Sequence record: MZ475897.1 | Length of the DNA: 64,000 nt | Reading direction: 5' to 3' (one strand) | Part shown: positions 43,936 through 53,033 of the stretch, in pieces | How the letters are laid out: every line of letters begins with the position of its first letter | Numbering within the stretch: the stretch's first letter is position 1 | Notes under the pieces: model-generated | What the model saw: only the letters and a program-made list of their open reading frames with translations | Database searches by the model: none | What the model was told of the DNA's origin: nothing | Translations under genes and position numbers: made by a program

Positions 43936-45198
43936 ATGTCAAACGCAAATAAAACTCTGCTTAACGCTCGTGTACGTCTGTCCACTGGCACAACTACTTT
44001 CATCAACAAGATTAACGCTAACGGCTACGGCATCGATGCTAAGGGCCCACAGATTTCTGTGAAGCGTCTTGTTATCGCAGGCAAAATGCTCAAAGAGCTG
44101 GCTGAGCCGCTGCCGCAAGGTGAATACGTTGTGCTGAACGGCGTCACTGTGAAACTGAACAAGCGCCAGCAACGTGAGCTTGCAGAGAAAACGCTCGACA
44201 CTAAAGCATTGCTGCCTGATTTAAGCAAGCTGACCTACGTTGACCCGCAGACAGGCAAAGTCACTGATGCAAAAGTGAAGCAGCCGAAAGCTGGCGCGAA
44301 AGCAAGTCTGAAAGCAACGCGTGAGCACAACAAAGAGCCGAAGCGTAGTCGCAAACAGCACAAAGCTGAAACGAACGATCTCAAAGACAGTCTGGACATT
44401 ATCGACGAACGCAAATCACCGAAAGCGTCTCTGATTGAACGTCTGGATGCAGCAATCGCCGAAGCGAAAACGAAAGCACGCCGTAAGCTGTTAGCCGAAA
44501 CGTTCGACATGGACTGGGCTGATATTAAAAAGCATGGCGGTGCAGGTATCGTTAAGCAGCATGGCCGCAAGAACGCCCAGAAGTTTATTGATCGTCAGAC
44601 AGTGCAGGTCGATAGCACAACGTTCATCAAACAAATGCCAGCGCCGCTCAAGCGTCTTATTCAGGACACTGAGTTGCGTCTCAATCAAAAGCAGATTGAG
44701 CAAGTGCTTGGTGCGCTGGGACTTGATACGCAATTCTACGCAGTCGCCGTACAAGAGCTGCTGGGCAAACTCAAACTGTCCATCGGCGGTCGCGTGATCG
44801 AAGGCGAAGTTGTTCGAAAGGAGAACACGCCGAAGCCAAAAAGGTTCGTACACGCTGAGGCGCGATACGCAGACAAGAAAGAAGCGAAACGCCGCGTAAG
44901 CAAAATGAAATACGCGCTGCTGATTCCGCCTACGAAAGGTCTGCCTGCGTTACGCATTCATCAGGCAGAGGCAAAGCAGTCACTCGCCGTTCTGCTGCAC
45001 CTGAAGCCTGGGAACATCAAGCGTGGTCTGCTCGCGTATGACAACAAAGGCCGTGAGTATATGTATGTCGCTTGCGATATGACGGGCCCTGTGTTCATCG
45101 ATAAAGATAGCAACGAACTGGCGTTCACGTATGCCAATCTGATCGATAACTTCAAACTCAAAGCGCAGCCTGTGTCTGAACTGGACGTGGCCGTATGA
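43936..45198 (+). CDS. basic protein, partial paralogue of 42268..43860
   Basis: GAGGA SD; shares an N-terminal domain and a G-x6-9-Y-x2-D-x2-G beta domain. Confidence 0.85.
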   Translation: MSNANKTLLNARVRLSTGTTTFINKINANGYGIDAKGPQISVKRLVIAGKMLKELAEPLPQGEYVVLNGVTVKLNKRQQRELAEKTLDTKALLPDLSKLTYVDPQTGKVTDAKVKQPKAGAKASLKATREHNKEPKRSRKQHKAETNDLKDSLDIIDERKSPKASLIERLDAAIAEAKTKARRKLLAETFDMDWADIKKHGGAGIVKQHGRKNAQKFIDRQTVQVDSTTFIKQMPAPLKRLIQDTELRLNQKQIEQVLGALGLDTQFYAVAVQELLGKLKLSIGGRVIEGEVVRKENTPKPKRFVHAEARYADKKEAKRRVSKMKYALLIPPTKGLPALRIHQAEAKQSLAVLLHLKPGNIKRGLLAYDNKGREYMYVACDMTGPVFIDKDSNELAFTYANLIDNFKLKAQPVSELDVAV

Positions 45199-45581
45199 GA
45201 ACTGAAATCATCGTAGCGGGAGTTCTCTCTCAACTTTACACGCGGCTGATTACGGCCGCTATAATGAAAGCGCATGTGTATTACTCAGACCTTGCGCCAG
45301 TGGTGTTCGGTGTGCAGCTTACCAAAGTCGGTAAGTCGCAGTATCAAGCGCTGTGGGATTTAGTAGCGCTGACGATGCAGATGGATCACGCACACGGCCG
45401 ACCGCCTGTTGCTGCTCTGTATGTGTCTCGCGCTAATGCATCAAAACGACCGCCGCAAGCATTCTTCGCTGAATACGAGCGGCTAACTGGTAAGCGACTC
45501 AATGACGACGACTGGGAAGAGTTAGTCGATGAAGTATGGGCAGCTTACTCTCCACCAGAACTGTGTCAGGAGCCGACATGA
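45195..45581 (+). CDS. hypothetical protein, possible winged-helix
   Basis: VYYSDLA...GRPPVAALYVS pattern seen in small wHTH-like phage proteins. Confidence 0.65.
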   Translation: MRTEIIVAGVLSQLYTRLITAAIMKAHVYYSDLAPVVFGVQLTKVGKSQYQALWDLVALTMQMDHAHGRPPVAALYVSRANASKRPPQAFFAEYERLTGKRLNDDDWEELVDEVWAAYSPPELCQEPT

Positions 45582-46036
45582 AGAAGTTGAAAGCCGTAAA
45601 GGTTAAAATTAGCCGCGGTGGTTATAAGCCTTCTTCTAAGGAAGAGGCAAAGAAGCTGGTGGCAGAGTTTCTGCTCGGCACCATCGGTATCAGCCCAACG
45701 CAAGTCAGTCAACAACTGCTGTTGAATATCACGAACTACAACTATTTGACCTCTGTTGCGTATTCTGGACGTTCTACAGATTACAGCCAAGCGGCAGCGC
45801 ACAAAACTGTAAAAGAACTAAATGAATTTTGTCGAAAGCATAAAATTCAACTGGGCTTGCTAATTATGCCCCACACGTCGGCGTCTGAATATGATGGTGA
45901 CGTAATTGTTGCAATCCCGTGGGAGCATGTTAAGAACAATCCGCAAATCCAGTCTGCCGTTAATTCTCTGTTTGAATCGGTTGAAGCAGACGGCTACCCA
46001 CAGTATGTGACTGATGCTAAAACAGTAGAGGGATAA
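45578..46036 (+). CDS. hypothetical protein
   Basis: AGGAG SD, ATGA overlap. Confidence 0.8.
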   Translation: MKKLKAVKVKISRGGYKPSSKEEAKKLVAEFLLGTIGISPTQVSQQLLLNITNYNYLTSVAYSGRSTDYSQAAAHKTVKELNEFCRKHKIQLGLLIMPHTSASEYDGDVIVAIPWEHVKNNPQIQSAVNSLFESVEADGYPQYVTDAKTVEG

Positions 46037-46037
46037 G

Positions 46038-47318
46038 ATGTTCTACGACTATGTATTCAACTTCGACGAGCGCCAGACGCTACTGTCGTTAGCGGAATCC
46101 AAGTATCTTCTTAAACGGGACATTCCCGAGTATCTTAAAAAGTCCAAACACGCAATTGAGATTCGTCACACTGTGACCAATCGTGGACGCGAGCGCCGCT
46201 CAGGAACAATAACAACTCCTATCGTGCCGCGTATTCACACTCGTGATGTTATGCGCTTGCTTGATGATATTCGTGACAACGCGACTTACAGCTCCTGTCA
46301 AAGTCTCGCTGAACTGTTTGAATTGGGCTTGGGCGTTCCGCGCCAGAAAGATATTGCTACTTACCTTCATGCTTATTCGCGTGAGCACGATAAGAAAGGT
46401 ATCGGTATCAAGTATATCCGCAAGCTGGTGGTTGATTATCATCGTAAGCACCGTCGTAGTATGGCGGGCAGTCGCTGGTTAATGCCTGCTGCTTACACGG
46501 CCAATCTGCTGAACATGCAGAACTTCATTCATCTGAAAGAAGACGGCTACAAGGGTAAAGTCAAAACGCCAGACGGCATCCCTGTAGTCTTGATTTACCA
46601 GAGCACTGAATACGCGACTGGCGAGTTTACTTTGTGTGACGCATTCATGATTAGTCCGATGGGATATCCAATGCCGTTCGCACAGATTGCGCTGCGTCCC
46701 GAGTTCAAGGCTGTGCCTAAAACGTTTTGCTCCCAAGCTCTGCGCGGCAAAGGCATGTACTCAATGGTTCTCGGTATGATTTACTGGGAGAAAGGTGATT
46801 CAGTCGAATTGACCCGCGAAGTCATGGAGATTGATGATAACCAGTATCTCACGTTGCTTGATGATGAACGTTACGCTGACCGTCGCTCTGATGAATATTC
46901 AGCGATGCTGGTCAAGCGTGAAGAGTTCCGTCGTAATCGTGACAAGTGGCAGTCAGTGATTGATAAGTACGGCCAAACAGTTCGAACTCTCAAGCCTGAG
47001 ATTAGCGCTCGTCTTGATCGTGCTCGTCAGTTCTTCTACGACCGTGCCGAGTTCCTGAAAGAGTTCGAGTCTCAGGAGAAGCGTGAGAACACCCGCGCAT
47101 CAAAACGTTTTGCTGTAGCGTCTGCGATGTTTGCAGCGGTTGACTGTGGGACAATTGCTGATCGTCAGACCTACCTTGCAGTAAGCACAAAGATTGATAA
47201 AGTGCATGACATTCTCGGTAAGTGGGGATTCAACACTGTAAAATCTGTTAATGCTAGTTTGAAGAAGTCTCTTTTAACCTATGACGAATCAGGCGTATCT
47301 CGCGTCTGGTCACTATAA
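46038..47318 (+). CDS. hypothetical protein with one Sel1-like repeat
   Basis: SLAELFELGLGVPRQKDIATYLHAYS. Confidence 0.8.
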   Translation: MFYDYVFNFDERQTLLSLAESKYLLKRDIPEYLKKSKHAIEIRHTVTNRGRERRSGTITTPIVPRIHTRDVMRLLDDIRDNATYSSCQSLAELFELGLGVPRQKDIATYLHAYSREHDKKGIGIKYIRKLVVDYHRKHRRSMAGSRWLMPAAYTANLLNMQNFIHLKEDGYKGKVKTPDGIPVVLIYQSTEYATGEFTLCDAFMISPMGYPMPFAQIALRPEFKAVPKTFCSQALRGKGMYSMVLGMIYWEKGDSVELTREVMEIDDNQYLTLLDDERYADRRSDEYSAMLVKREEFRRNRDKWQSVIDKYGQTVRTLKPEISARLDRARQFFYDRAEFLKEFESQEKRENTRASKRFAVASAMFAAVDCGTIADRQTYLAVSTKIDKVHDILGKWGFNTVKSVNASLKKSLLTYDESGVSRVWSL

Positions 47319-47339
47319 CCCTTATCTGAGGAGATAAAC

Positions 47340-50300
47340 ATGTCCGAGAACAATCAAAGCGGAGCTACTCGCTTCGGCACAGAAGTGCAGGCCGGCATCG
47401 CAGAAGCGCAACGCCGTGCTAACTCTGCTGAGAGTGGCAAGCTGAACAAATGCACGATCATCGTGCTGACTTCGATTGACGCCAACCAGCGTTACTCTTA
47501 TCTGTCCGCAGACGAACAACTGCGCGAAGAACTGGTGCGTGGTAAAGTAATCAATCGTCTTCCTGATCTGTTAGAGCGTGCTGGTGGTAATACCGCTGCT
47601 GACAATAACAGCGCGTTCCACATCCTGCACCCGAACAACGGTGTGCCTACCTCGATCGATGCTCGCATCAAAGTGGGCGAAGGCAATGCGGTCATTCTGT
47701 CATATACTGTAAACAAAGCAGTGACAGAGATGCACGGTAGCTTATCGCTTGCTCTGTTTGCATCTGGCGCCGAAGACTTAAATGATCTGGCCGCTGATTT
47801 CGGTATTCACGCAATTGCGATTGTTGAAGAATCGAAAGCCGCTGAGTTCATCAAAGGACTTGAAGCTCAGGTGGAAGCGTTGAATATTGTAAATCTCACT
47901 AGCATTGATGATTCTAACGATTCGTTAGACCTGCCAGTGATTGACTTCGCTGCATTAGCGGGCAATCCTACAACAGTGCTTACGGGCGCTGTGCGTACCT
48001 TCATCATGCAATCAATCAGCGGCGAAGTCTTCGCTGCAATCCCTAATAACGGAGAACTGAACGTGAAAAACGATAACGTGGCTCAGCCTGCTGACCTGGA
48101 AGAAGACTTCGACAACAATGATGAGATTGTTGATCAGAACGGCGGTGAAGGCGAAGTTACTGGCGAAGAGCTGCTGGGCTACAAAGCAGAAAATCTTTCG
48201 CTCGACCAAATGCGTAGTGCGCTTGAAGCGATCAACTACGACCTGTCTGAAATGACGGAAGAAGCAATCCGTGAAGCGTTCGAAACTGAACAGAACCTTT
48301 ACCTGGGTGGCGGCGATGACGAATCTTCCGAAGAAGAGGAAGATGAAGACGCCGCTGATGTTGACAGCGACGAAGAAGAAGAGGAAGAAGACGAGGAGTT
48401 CGATGCTCCTGCGTATCTGGCTCAAGCGCTCGCTGCTGAAAACTTTAGCCGTAGCGATCTGAAACTGCTGGTCAAGTCTCAAGACCTGAAAGTGATGAAG
48501 AACGACACTCCTGAAACTCTGGTGCAGAAGCTGCTGGACCTGGTGCAGGACGCATCGTCCGATGAAGTGTTCGAACTGATCACTGTGTTCGTTGAACTGC
48601 TGGACGAGCACGGCGTTGAATGTGACGCGCTGCGTGCTACCATCGCTGAGGACGAAAGCGATGAAGACGAAGAAGAGGACGGCGAAGACGAAGACGCCGA
48701 TGAAGATGGCGACGACGAAGAAGAGGAAGATGAAGAGGAGTCTGATGAAGACGAATCTGAAACCGAATCTGATGACGAAACCGAAACGCTGTCTGTGGCT
48801 GACGTTACCGATCCTCTCGATTACTTCCGCTTCAACGGTGGTGACCTGACTGCCGAGCAGCGTATTGCTGCTGTCGAATCGATGGGTACAAGCACTGTTG
48901 GTCTGAACATTGTTCAGGTCATGAAAGCGTTCAACGAAATCCGCTCACAGTCTAACCTGATCGATATTGCCGCTGATGAAGCCGACTCTGCGCTGTACGA
49001 TATGCTGACTGCTCTGCCGTACGCAACGCTGCTGAGCTTCGCTCAAGAGATTGAGCTGGAAGTTGATGGCGAAGAGTCTGCCGAAGATCTCGTCACTCTG
49101 CTGATGGACGAATCTACTGCCGACAGCGATACGCTGAAAGCGCTGGCGTATGTGTTCGAAACCTACGGTGGCCTGGGTGTTGAAGCAGATGATATCCTGC
49201 TGATGGACTGGCATGAAGCGCTGGCGCTGGTTATTCCTGTGTATGCATCGTCAGACGAAGTTGAGTCCGATGCAGAAGACGAAGACGAAGACGTTATCGC
49301 CGATGAAGATTCGTCTAACGCTAACCTGAAGTTCCTGAAATCTGTTGACGTCAACAACCCTGTCGGCCCGATGCTCGAAGTTGATATGGATCGCACTCTG
49401 GTTATCAACTACACCTTCACTGACGGTAACACTTACCGCGATGTGCAAGATGAGCTGGCTGATATCGGTGGCGTTAACTACCGCTTCCCGTTCAATCTGG
49501 GCAAAGCAGGTAAAGCAAACAAGAGCAGTGCGCCTGGTAGCCTGATTGCTCCTGCTGAACATCTGATCGCAATGTTAGACCGCGCCGGTACTACTCGCTT
49601 CTTAGCTGACCCGAACACCTTCGATGTTGGTGTGTGGGCAGAATCTCTGGAGCGTATGCTGAACGCAGAAATCGCTAACAACCTGTATGCTGGTCGCATT
49701 GAAGACGGCGCTGACCCGCAGCAAGCTGGCATCGTAGTCGGTGACTTCATCGATGAAGACGAGCAAGCAGAAGTTGCTGACCTCGGTCTGCTGGATGAAG
49801 ATGAGCTGGAAGCGTACACTGGTGACCATCTGCCGATTGCAAGCCTGTACAATGCGCAAGCCCGCGTTCGTCCAGTCAACGTCGATAGCTCTTACGTTGC
49901 ACTGAGCACTGTAGTGCTGAACGTTGCAGTCCCTGGCTTCTGGTGTGACTCTGATGTTGGCCGTCTGGTACAAGCGTGTGTTAATCGCGTAATCAGCCTG
50001 GCAGAAAGCGTTGAAGGTATAAAAGTGTATGCAGGCTTCACTCTGGAATCTGCTGCGCTGCTGAACAACGGTCGCCTGTACGAAGTTGTTGGTGCGCTGC
50101 GTGAGATGGACGGTGTGCAGTCTTACTCCGCCGCTGACGCCGCTAACTTCTCAGAAGCGGAAGACATTATCGAAGTGGCGTCTTCTATCGATGATCGTGA
50201 CCTGCCGTTCACTGTACTGGCAAGCGGTCTGTCTGGCGCAACGTTTGAAAACGGCGGTGACCTGACCGTGCTGGTTCCGTGCTCTGTCTTCGACGAAGAG

Positions 50301-50345
50301 GAAGATGAGTCCGAAGAGGACGAGTCAGAAGAAGACGAAGAGTAA
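47340..50345 (+). CDS. 1001-aa highly acidic protein with several HeH-like modules
   Basis: GAGGAG SD; multiple poly-D/E tracts; ENLSLDQMRSAL, ENFSRSDLKLLVKSQDL...TPETLVQKLL, ALPYATLLSFAQEIEL...SAEDLVTLL. Confidence 0.9.
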   Translation: MSENNQSGATRFGTEVQAGIAEAQRRANSAESGKLNKCTIIVLTSIDANQRYSYLSADEQLREELVRGKVINRLPDLLERAGGNTAADNNSAFHILHPNNGVPTSIDARIKVGEGNAVILSYTVNKAVTEMHGSLSLALFASGAEDLNDLAADFGIHAIAIVEESKAAEFIKGLEAQVEALNIVNLTSIDDSNDSLDLPVIDFAALAGNPTTVLTGAVRTFIMQSISGEVFAAIPNNGELNVKNDNVAQPADLEEDFDNNDEIVDQNGGEGEVTGEELLGYKAENLSLDQMRSALEAINYDLSEMTEEAIREAFETEQNLYLGGGDDESSEEEEDEDAADVDSDEEEEEEDEEFDAPAYLAQALAAENFSRSDLKLLVKSQDLKVMKNDTPETLVQKLLDLVQDASSDEVFELITVFVELLDEHGVECDALRATIAEDESDEDEEEDGEDEDADEDGDDEEEEDEEESDEDESETESDDETETLSVADVTDPLDYFRFNGGDLTAEQRIAAVESMGTSTVGLNIVQVMKAFNEIRSQSNLIDIAADEADSALYDMLTALPYATLLSFAQEIELEVDGEESAEDLVTLLMDESTADSDTLKALAYVFETYGGLGVEADDILLMDWHEALALVIPVYASSDEVESDAEDEDEDVIADEDSSNANLKFLKSVDVNNPVGPMLEVDMDRTLVINYTFTDGNTYRDVQDELADIGGVNYRFPFNLGKAGKANKSSAPGSLIAPAEHLIAMLDRAGTTRFLADPNTFDVGVWAESLERMLNAEIANNLYAGRIEDGADPQQAGIVVGDFIDEDEQAEVADLGLLDEDELEAYTGDHLPIASLYNAQARVRPVNVDSSYVALSTVVLNVAVPGFWCDSDVGRLVQACVNRVISLAESVEGIKVYAGFTLESAALLNNGRLYEVVGALREMDGVQSYSAADAANFSEAEDIIEVASSIDDRDLPFTVLASGLSGATFENGGDLTVLVPCSVFDEEEDESEEDESEEDEE

Positions 50346-50351
50346 TTGACA

Positions 50352-50371
50352 TGCGGTCCTTCGGGGCCGCA
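50352..50371 (+). terminator. hairpin
   Basis: TGCGGTCC-TTCG-GGGCCGCA. Confidence 0.65.
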
Positions 50372-50396
50372 ATCTTTCTCAACAGGAACTGTCTAA

Positions 50397-51218
50397 ATGT
50401 CAGAACAAGTTGACCACGCAACTAACATCATTAAGATGGTTAGTGACCGTGATGCAAAGATTAGCGAGCTGTCCGTTACGGCAAACGAGCTGCAAGGTCA
50501 GGTGAATGACTATGCTGCCGAACTCGCCGCATCTGCTGTGCGTGAAACTGCATTGCGTTTGAAGCTACGTTCTCAAGAGCGCCAGACGAATACTGATTTA
50601 GTTCGTCTGGAAACTCGCACGAAAGAGCTGGTGGATATTTCAAACACTCAGATGGCCGAAAGCAACGAGCTTAAAGCACGCGTTGAAGAAATGAACGCTA
50701 AGCTGGCGCAAGTTGACCCGATGCCGTTCGTGTTGCATCTGGTTGCTGTGCAAGCTGCATCTGTGTTCTCGTACATGGTGCAGTCGTTTGCTCATGCTCA
50801 TGTTAACCAGCGTACCAACGATACCACACGCACACTCAGTGCTCTGATGGTAGGCGAAACAGCGCGGCGTTATCAGTCTTTCGAAAAGACCATCGCTCGT
50901 TACTGCAACTCGATTGGCGCTGAACGTCCGAAAGCAAATGATGTGCGTAACGCTTTCCCTGACTTCATGCGTAATGAAGCTGATTTATTCTGTAAAGACC
51001 CGAAGTACAGTCACGATTGCATGGCATTAGCTGCTATGCTTAATCTGCCTCGTACATCGTGGATGTATCGAAAGTCTCTGGACGCCGTAAACCACTTCGC
51101 GTGGATTGCAGCTTTCGAAGGCAGTCCTCAAGAGTTTGAGTCAGAATCAGATTACAACGAATTATACGTTAACTCGCTTATCGATATTGCAAGCGCGTTA
51201 ATCGGGCAAAACTTTTAA
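50397..51218 (+). CDS. coiled-coil hypothetical protein
   Basis: Heptad-rich N-terminal ~100 aa. Confidence 0.85.
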   Translation: MSEQVDHATNIIKMVSDRDAKISELSVTANELQGQVNDYAAELAASAVRETALRLKLRSQERQTNTDLVRLETRTKELVDISNTQMAESNELKARVEEMNAKLAQVDPMPFVLHLVAVQAASVFSYMVQSFAHAHVNQRTNDTTRTLSALMVGETARRYQSFEKTIARYCNSIGAERPKANDVRNAFPDFMRNEADLFCKDPKYSHDCMALAAMLNLPRTSWMYRKSLDAVNHFAWIAAFEGSPQEFESESDYNELYVNSLIDIASALIGQNF

Positions 51219-51243
51219 TCTGTAAAACTTCCCTGTGATTTAT

Positions 51244-51263
51244 TCTGTAAACACTAATTGAAG
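51244..51263 (+). promoter_or_regulatory. TCTGTAAACAYTAATTGAAG element, copy 1
   Basis: 19/20 identical to 51958-51977; both precede highly codon-biased genes. Confidence 0.6.
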
Positions 51264-51313
51264 TTCGCAACGGGCAAAAGCCCAAATCGAAAAATTAACG
51301 GAGTTCCACTACA

Positions 51314-51883
51314 ATGGCAAAAGCTACTAAGTCAACTAACCTGGTTCCTACCCTGGTTTCTCGCATCGCTAAAAAGTCTGGCTCTATCGGTACTTCGAAA
51401 GCAAAAGCAACTGACCTGCCGCATGACATTCTGATCGAATCTCAGCACGTTGTCGAAATCATCGGTTACATCACTGACCGTTCTGCGAACCACGTTACTC
51501 TGCGTCACAAAAAAGGCCACGGTTCTTCTTCTCAGATCGTTTCAACCTTCGGCCCAGGTCAACTGCTGACCGTTCTGGGTGAAGCCGGTTCACACGGTTC
51601 TGTGCGTGCGCTGATTACTGCTCCGGTCTGCGAACTGAAAGGCTTCACCATTAAGTATGACGGCGATACCATCATCGCTACTTCTATCGAAACTGGCGAA
51701 GTGATTCACGTTAACACCCAGCTGGCCGGTCACACCGTTCGCGCTACTGTGAACGAAACTGCTGCCGCTAAGAAATACGGCACGCCTGCTCCAGGCAAAG
51801 GCAAGAAAGATGCTAAGCCTGCTAAAGCAGACAAAGCAGCGAAAGGCGGTAAGAAAAAGAAAGGTAGCGACGAAGACTTTTAA
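51314..51883 (+). CDS. protein with K/A-rich C-terminal tail
   Basis: GGAG SD; ends KPAKADKAAKGGKKKKGSDEDF. Confidence 0.9.
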   Translation: MAKATKSTNLVPTLVSRIAKKSGSIGTSKAKATDLPHDILIESQHVVEIIGYITDRSANHVTLRHKKGHGSSSQIVSTFGPGQLLTVLGEAGSHGSVRALITAPVCELKGFTIKYDGDTIIATSIETGEVIHVNTQLAGHTVRATVNETAAAKKYGTPAPGKGKKDAKPAKADKAAKGGKKKKGSDEDF

Positions 51884-51916
51884 TCGCTGATCTGAAAATC
51901 TGTAAAAACTGATTAT

Positions 51917-51946
51917 GCAGAGCAACAAAAAATAAAGTTGCTCTGC
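51917..51946 (+). terminator. perfect 10-bp hairpin
   Basis: GCAGAGCAAC-AAAAAATAAA-GTTGCTCTGC. Confidence 0.6.
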
Positions 51947-51957
51947 CGTTAAACGAA

Positions 51958-51977
51958 TCTGTAAACATTAATTGAAG
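51958..51977 (+). promoter_or_regulatory. TCTGTAAACAYTAATTGAAG element, copy 2
   Basis: See copy 1. Confidence 0.6.
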
Positions 51978-52013
51978 CAAGTCGCTTCTCATCCCATACA
52001 GGAAATAAAAACC

Positions 52014-52820
52014 ATGGCTAAATCTGCTAAAGTAACCGTAACCGTCGCACAGAAAGTTCTGGCTCAGATGCTGGGTGTTGTTGTAGCGAACGCAAGCGAG
52101 AAAGAACTCGTTGCGATTCTGTCTGACCTGGGCCTGACTGTTGCTGCGAAAGGTAAAGGTGCTAAAGCTGAGAAAGCTGCGAAAGGCGGCAAGAAAGCTA
52201 AAGCCGCTACCGTTGCTCAGATCGTTAAGGCCGTTGAAGAAGAGGAAGCTATCTCCCTCGACGGCGTAAGTGAAGATGACCTGCGTGCTGCGGTCGTCAA
52301 AGCTAAGCTGGCTAAGGCCAACAAAGCTAAAGCGCTGGACGAAGAGGAGTTGACTGAACTCCTGACCGACGCAATGGGTGCCGAGTCTGATGAAGACGAG
52401 GAAGAGGACGAAGAGGACGAAGACGAGGACGAGGACGAGGACGAAGACGAAGACGACTCGGACGACGAAGACGAAGATGAAGACGACGAGGACTCAGATG
52501 ATGAAGATGAGGACGAAGACGACGAAGATTCGGACGACGAAGACGAGGACGAAGATGATGAGGAGGAAGACGAAGACGAGGACGAAGATGAGGACGAAGA
52601 TGAAGATCTCGACCTCGACGGCCTCGACGAAGACGAACTCCGCGCCCTCGTGATCGACAACAAGCTGGCCACTAAGGCCAAAGCTAAAAAGATGGACGAA
52701 GACGAACTTCGTGAACTGTGTGAATCCCACTTCGGCGGCGACGATGAAGACGAAGACGAAGATGAGGACGAAGACGATGAAGACTTCGACGACGAAGACG
52801 AAGACGAAGACGACGAATAA
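52014..52820 (+). CDS. poly-D/E protein with two HeH-like modules
   Basis: AGGA SD; 73-residue tract of 70 D/E + 3 S flanked by two ~40-aa repeats. Confidence 0.9.
   Translation: MAKSAKVTVTVAQKVLAQMLGVVVANASEKELVAILSDLGLTVAAKGKGAKAEKAAKGGKKAKAATVAQIVKAVEEEEAISLDGVSEDDLRAAVVKAKLAKANKAKALDEEELTELLTDAMGAESDEDEEEDEEDEDEDEDEDEDEDDSDDEDEDEDDEDSDDEDEDEDDEDSDDEDEDEDDEEEDEDEDEDEDEDEDLDLDGLDEDELRALVIDNKLATKAKAKKMDEDELRELCESHFGGDDEDEDEDEDEDDEDFDDEDEDEDDE
52389..52607 (+). repeat. poly-Asp/Glu coding tract with SDDEDEDEDDED tandem units
   Basis: Almost entirely GAN codons. Confidence 0.95.
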
Positions 52821-52835
52821 GTCCTGATCTGCCGC

Positions 52836-52870
52836 TGCCCTGCAAGACTAATGAGTGTCTGCGCAGGGCA
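52836..52870 (+). terminator. hairpin
   Basis: TGCCCTGC...GCAGGGCA with inner AGAC/GTCT. Confidence 0.55.
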
Positions 52871-53033
52871 AGAAATATTCGAAAAATAGTTCGAATTATT
52901 TCGCAAAAAGTTTGAAAAATTCCTGTCGTTGTTTATTGCACATAGTAATATTCGACTACAGGAATTAAACCTGAAAAATTTTACTTTTATCCAACGCGAC
53001 GAGTCGCACAAAATAAATTCACGGAGTTATGCC

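Noticed and set aside
52217-53011. Poly-Ser minus-strand ORF
   Set aside because: Reverse complement of the GAN-codon acidic tract
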